NCBI GenBank assembly: GCA_013265495.1
Contig: MU063893.1
Location: 3,913,954-3,977,953 of the forward strand
Source: Vicugna vicugna
Lineage: Eukaryota
DNA length: 64,000 nucleotides
Direction: 5' to 3'
Below the pieces are notes generated by a model, which was given only the letters and a program-made list of their open reading frames with translations, was not told where the DNA came from and did no database searches. The position numbers and the translations under genes are program-made. Shown here piece by piece: positions 58,679 to 64,000 of the stretch; the first letter of the stretch is position 1, and every line of letters starts with the position of its first letter.

Positions 58679-60414
58679 GTTTGTGACCAGTGAGAAGTCC
58701 AAATGGCGTTTTCCAGCCCTGAGACCCTGGTGCAATCCCTTCCTGCTTTCCTTCCGAGTGACACGCTCTCCTGCAAAGCCCCTCTGGAGCCCCTGTGGGT
58801 TCAGTGTGTCAGGGTGGACAGCAGGAAGGTGAACGGAGGCTTCCTGATGGGCCGTCGTTTGGAATGAATGGTCTGCGTCCTTCCTTGTCGTGAACGTCTA
58901 CTTGTCTGCAAACCTGTGTACCGCTTTGCCTTTACCCCTGCCTCAGAGATCTTCTTCCCAAACAGCTTGAACTGCCCTCTTTCATCAGTAAAAGACACCA
59001 TCAGTGGAAAGTTGCTCCATCACTTCATAAGCCACAGAGAAAGAAAAAAAAAGGATTACAAATTATGACGTGGTGCTTTTCTGTCCCTTAAAACGTCCAT
59101 CTAAAAAAATATAGAAAGTTTTACAAAATTTCTTTAAGCGGACTTTTATCATTTAAATTTGTTAGTGATACTGCAGAGGAAGATATTGAGGGGAGATCCA
59201 TGGACGTTGATAAATCCACATCAAAGTAAATTAGAAGAGGTAAACTGAATGTGAAAAAATGTTAGAAATACCTTGACCAATTTGTACCATGAATTTTTCT
59301 TTTATTACTCAAATTTCTATGTAAGTACTTTAAATGGTTTTTTAAATTTTATTATTATAAATTAAAAGAAAATCTATATGGTATGAACTGGTTTAGGTAT
59401 TTCCTCTCTACCCTCAGAGGCATTGCTGATACATCATTTCATAAAAATTCTTTCACTTCTGTCTATGGGATTTTCTCCAAAGCCACTAACATGCTTTATA
59501 CAAGTTTCCATTGGAGCATTTTCTTGGTTTTACTATCAACCAGGATTTATACTCCTTTCTAAAATAATTCTCAAGTGGTTGCAGTCCATCCATTCATAAC
59601 ACCAGTAACAGCAGTGGAGTTGACACAGGCACAAACATTGTCAGGAGTGCTGCTTGGTTCACAGTCGTTCCAGGGCTGTTGACTGCAAAACACAGTCTGA
59701 TTAGATGAATGTTAGATGCAAAAGATCTGCACCTTGGGACTGATGCAGTGTAGTGCTTCCAACACCTGCCCTCATGGTAAGTGGGCCTTTCCTCGTGTGC
59801 TTACCTCTTCCTTTTTCCTGAACTATTTTTCTTTCAGAATCCTTCCTGATCACAAGGCCTGAAACAAAAGTTTTCCTTCAGCTTCGTATTTTTCATTTTC
59901 TCATGTTTGAGGTTTTCTTGTCAACCAACTTCCCCAGCTCTCCAAAGAGCTTATAAAGGCTCCGCCCATATTGTTGCAGATACCCAAGCCAACTAGTCCA
60001 CGTGGTGAAACTTCATGGAAAGTATTTGCCTAGGAAAAAAAGCTGAGCTGTCAGACTCTCTCTGTGCAGTCATCAAGGCACTACGAGGGGATAGGAGAAG
60101 CAGGAAATAAGGGGGGGGGGTGGAAATGAGGACATTTTCTCCAATTTGTCTGTGCCGTCGATTCTCTGCAGTCGTTGCCTATTTCATTATTTAGGGTCCT
60201 GTCATCTTTTCCCTATCACTGAATGCTTTTTGTACTCTAAGGGGTTGAGAAAATCCCTTCTCACCTGAAAAATCTGAGGGTACTCTGGAAGCTAGGTAAT
60301 GACTTGTGAAAGTGTCAAGAGTGTTATGTGGACCATTGGCTTATATCTGATTTGTTTGAGTGCAGGAAACTTCAATCACCAGATGCCCGATACTTTTTCT
60401 TTGGTTCCCAACAG

Positions 60415-60498
60415 GTGTTAAACATTGATGTGACCAGCAGAAACATCAGCCTGCATAATTTCACCTCCTTGACATGGAGAAGCCCTCTGAGTTCCTAG
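60415..60498 (+). CDS. MGAM: MGAM exon 48, last coding exon
   Basis: VLNIDVTSRNISLHNFTSLTWRSPLSS*; acceptor acag at 60411-60414, TAG 60496-60498. Confidence 0.95.
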   Translation: MLNIDVTSRNISLHNFTSLTWRSPLSS

Positions 60499-61315
60499 AG
60501 CAGGACCCTAACCATGAATAGCTTTGAAACTACTCATACTTCATGCTCATAAAATTATTATGTGTTGCTAATTAGTTTATACCCAGTATGGGTGAAGTGT
60601 TTTGTTAATTTTGTTTTATGTTCTGCCTGTGTTTTAGCCCTCTGGTATAGGCAGTAGGGAGGTGTGGACGACTGTGGGTTACCATAATGTCTCTATGTGA
60701 CTGGCATGGTTTGGATGGCTCATCATACAACATGGACTGAAGATGAACCAGGTCTATGATGAAGTATGTGTGCGTGTGTATGTGTGTAATTAGGGAATGG
60801 CCCCACAAGCTGAAGCTTGCCAGGACAGTTCAGGTCCTAGAGCCAACTAACACCTCAAGAAAGCATCCAGGAAGAACATCTGGTCCCTGTGGTTATGGGG
60901 AGGCAGAATAATATGCTGAAAGCATGATACAAGGGGAAGGAAAGGCAAATTCAGGGAAGGTAAGCAGGAAAGATGATGGGGATGAAGGTGATGATGACAA
61001 ATAAGAAGATAACATAAAAATATTAGGACTAGTCGCCTCATGGGAAGGAGAAGGGAAGAGCCAACCAATCTGAAAGCAAGAGGGGGGGTTGGGGGAACTC
61101 CTTAGCTTGTGGGAATAGGGCTGGGGATGAGACTGAAGAGGGCAAAGCTGAAGGAAGGAGATTGAATGTAAACAATAACTTATTTTTGCCAGGGTGTGCT
61201 TTGAAATGTGTAAATCTTATTTCTCTACTCTGCCTAATGTATAGAACCACAGTTCACACGATGCATGCGACTTATATGCCAAAGAAAAATAAACCAAGCA
61301 GATTAACAAGGTGTT
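60499..61315 (+). other. MGAM: Probable MGAM 3' UTR (~0.8 kb)
   Basis: Runs from the stop codon to just past the first AATAAA; the end is inferred. Confidence 0.6.
61288..61293 (+). terminator. Polyadenylation signal AATAAA
   Basis: First AATAAA I found after the stop; GU/U-rich tract ggtgttgaattttgtggt follows at ~61310-61327. Confidence 0.65.
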
Positions 61316-61744
61316 GAATTTTGTGGTAATTTGACCATGGGTAATCTCATTTCAGCATTAAGATTTCTTACTCGGCAAACCCTTGTGAACTGGTCTTGTT
61401 CTCTTTGGCATCAGAGTTCCCGCAGGCTAATCCAGCAATGGAATAATCAGATTTATGGTTACCCGCCCTTTTCCTTATGCCTCTGCCATGGATTTGTGTT
61501 AAGATTTAGGTTCATGGGAGAGTGTCCTTGAACTGTTGTTGTTTTAATCATATAAGTTATTATATTTGGTAAGATACCAACTCTGACAAAAGTAGAATTT
61601 GCAGCACTATTGGTTAAAACACTAGATGGTTAAAAATTGGGATAAGGGCATCGTATACTCATATTCAACAGGGATAATTACTTTTAGTATTACTTGAAAA
61701 TGAGTATATGAGAGATGAATGTGTTTACTTCCCTCTTTTTCTTT

Positions 61745-61930
61745 CTTTTCCTCTTTTTTTTTAAATTGAAGTGTAATTGATTTACAATATTGTGTTAGTT
61801 TCATGTATACAGCAAAGTGATTCGGTTTTTTTCAGATTATTTCCTATTATAGGCTATTATAAGATATTGAATATTTCCCCTGTGTTATGCAGTAATGTGT
61901 GTCTGTTAACCCCATACTCCTAATTTATCC
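61745..61930 (-). mobile_element. L1 3'-end fragment
   Basis: T-tail, then ttgaagtgtaattgatttacaatattgtgttagtttc...aagatattgaatatttcccc. Confidence 0.75.
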
Positions 61931-63498
61931 CCTGGCACCCCCTTTTTTTTGACACCAGGAAGCCAGATTCTACTTGTGTACTCATATGTCAGCGCCTCCA
62001 TAAGGCTACCGGAAAATAGTATTGTTACATTGGCTTAGTGTTCTAATTATCAAAATAAGAGGCTTTTGGATGAGGGCTTGAGCTAATTAGGCAATGAGTG
62101 AAATATGGGGGAAAAAAATCACAGGAATCCCTCGATCAAAAAGATGGGAAACTTGTCAGCTACCCTTTCATTAACCCAGGCAGGCTACCATAGGAAAGAA
62201 TTATTTACTTGTTATTTGAGAAATACCTTCTGTTGTCATCAAGGACATGTTGGTGGCCATTGGCTCTGGCTGCACAGAATATAGAGTGCTCAAGGAGAAG
62301 GTTTCTGATGAGGGACTCCTGATTGCCAAGTCTCTGAGTGAGGCACGTAAAGGTTTACAACATCTGCAGTGTCAAGGGCCCTGTTGACAGTCTAGTGGTA
62401 CCGACGGAACCCCTTCTAAGAATGATGTTCTTAAATGCATAAAATAATGCATACTATTTTAAAGGAATCCTATGATATTAAAATACACTTACGTGTGTAT
62501 TTTTAAAATTTAATATAGTAATACTTGAGGGTTTTTTTTAATTATCACATTAAATAACAATATCTAGCACATAGAACTAATAATGTCCTAACTTCAATGC
62601 GATGAGTAGCAGAAACAATATCTTGTGATATCTACTACAGTTCCTTAATGTAACGTGAAAATATCTGTGATTCTGTTTTTGGAAAACTCACATGCGCCAC
62701 TAAACTTACTCTGTTCTGGGGACCCTGGTTCACGAACCCCTAGGTTAATCCGTGTCAGCTTCCCAGACTTCAGTTTAGTGACTCAGACCCTATGTAGCTG
62801 GAACAGTTACAAGGGTTCCCAAGCCTTGGTCTGTCACCTTCGCTGGAATTCATTCATCCTTTTGGCCCTTAAGCAGGCAGTTCTGTATGGATATGAAGAC
62901 GTCAAGTGTAGAACCAGAAAGATTCTGAGCAGCTCTGGGTAACAGGTCAGTGGAGGAGGTGGGTCTGTGGCCCCCTTGGTTTCTCTCTCTGGAGCAGAGC
63001 TGTCTGTTTTGAAGTATAAGGCTGATCTGGCCTCGCTCCATCACAGGTGTCAGGTCTGCTGGTTGAGGCATTTTGTGCTGCTTTCCTTTGAGTGAGAAAA
63101 ACTCAGAAGCGATCTGTAGGGTCAGGAGACTTGGTTAAGTCACTTTATCTCTCTGGGATCATGTTTCCTTATCGGCAAAATGCTAGTATCAGACTAAAGC
63201 TGTGATTTCCAAACTATGGAACATGAAGAGCCCTGGGTTCTTCGTTGCCCACGAAGAGTGTGGAGGAGGCAGATTGGCAGGGTTCTGAGCTCCCAACCCT
63301 GTCTTCAGTCATTCATTTATGTACATACTGGAATTCTAGTTGAACAAAGAATTTTAAATATATATATATTCATATATATATTATGTGCTATATATACTTA
63401 AAATTGCTTATTCAGGTGGAACATATGCATGTATACATCCTCATGTACATCACATATATCCTGTATATGTAAAAAGTTTGAAAATCAATACACCAGAT

Positions 63499-63934
63499 CA
63501 GTAGTCCTCACATGTTTGGGTCCCAGCACCTCTTTATACTCTTAAAAATTGTTGAGGATTCCAAGAGCTTTTGTTCATGAAATTACAGCTATTAATATTT
63601 ATCATGTTATAAATTAAAGTAACTGTATCTTCCAAAACAAAAACATTTAATCAGAAGAGTTGCATTATTTTGCGTTTTTATGGATCTCTTTAAAATCTGG
63701 CTTAATAGGAAAAAAAAAAGGAATTCTCACATCTGCTTCTACATTCAGTCATTTGTGCTATCACATTATGTAGACTCTGGAAAACTCCACAGTGTGCTTA
63801 TGAGAGAGCAAGAAAGGCAAATAGCATCTAAGTATTTTTATGAAATAGTTTTACCTTACTAACTTCCTAAAAAGTCACAAGGACACCCCTCCTCCCCAGA
63901 GGTTGATCCCCAGCCCACACTTTGAGGACCACTA
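63499..63934 (-). mobile_element. Charlie1-like hAT element, internally deleted
   Basis: Imperfect TIRs cagtagtcctcacatgtttggg / cccacactttgaggaccacta; internal ctctggaaaactccac and ctgcttctacattcagtc. Confidence 0.75.
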
Positions 63935-64000
63935 CACATGGAACCGTATCCATCTTTGGTTACCCTGGAGCAGCTCCCAAAACATAGACCTGCTCTTGTC

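Noticed and set aside
59740-59850. Donor-like ATG|GTAAGT and acceptor-like tttctttcag in intron 47
   Set aside because: They do not bracket a coherent exon and no MGAM-like peptide results.

Overview
Mammalian genomic DNA from a draft assembly with three short N gaps. The SINE and L1 3'-end repeats point to a camelid (inference). Almost the whole window is one + strand gene, maltase-glucoamylase (MGAM, GH31). I traced 46 coding exons (human-equivalent exons 3-48, 713-60498). They total 5399 nt, stay in frame through every junction and end at TAG 60496-60498, giving about 1799 residues in the window. The protein has a mucin-like stalk, trefoil 1, the N-terminal GH31 unit (WIDMNE nucleophile, WLGDN acid/base), trefoil 2 and a single C-terminal GH31 unit. 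The start/transmembrane exon lies upstream of the window; an AATAAA sits at 61288. Introns carry ordinary repeats (camelid-type tRNA SINEs, L1, L2, MIR, MaLR/ERV1 LTRs, hAT MITEs). I found no convincing new biological system. The best leads are: a near-identical ~2 kb tandem duplication in intron 3 in which one copy has lost a SINE body; a D-to-N change in the conserved FDGxWxDMNE motif plus several substrate-pocket changes in the N-terminal unit; a GC-AG intron; and a cryptic exon-like segment encoding a clean transmembrane helix. Human residue and exon comparisons, and repeat family names, are from recall and need alignment to confirm. Repeat boundaries are approximate unless TSDs or termini are given.
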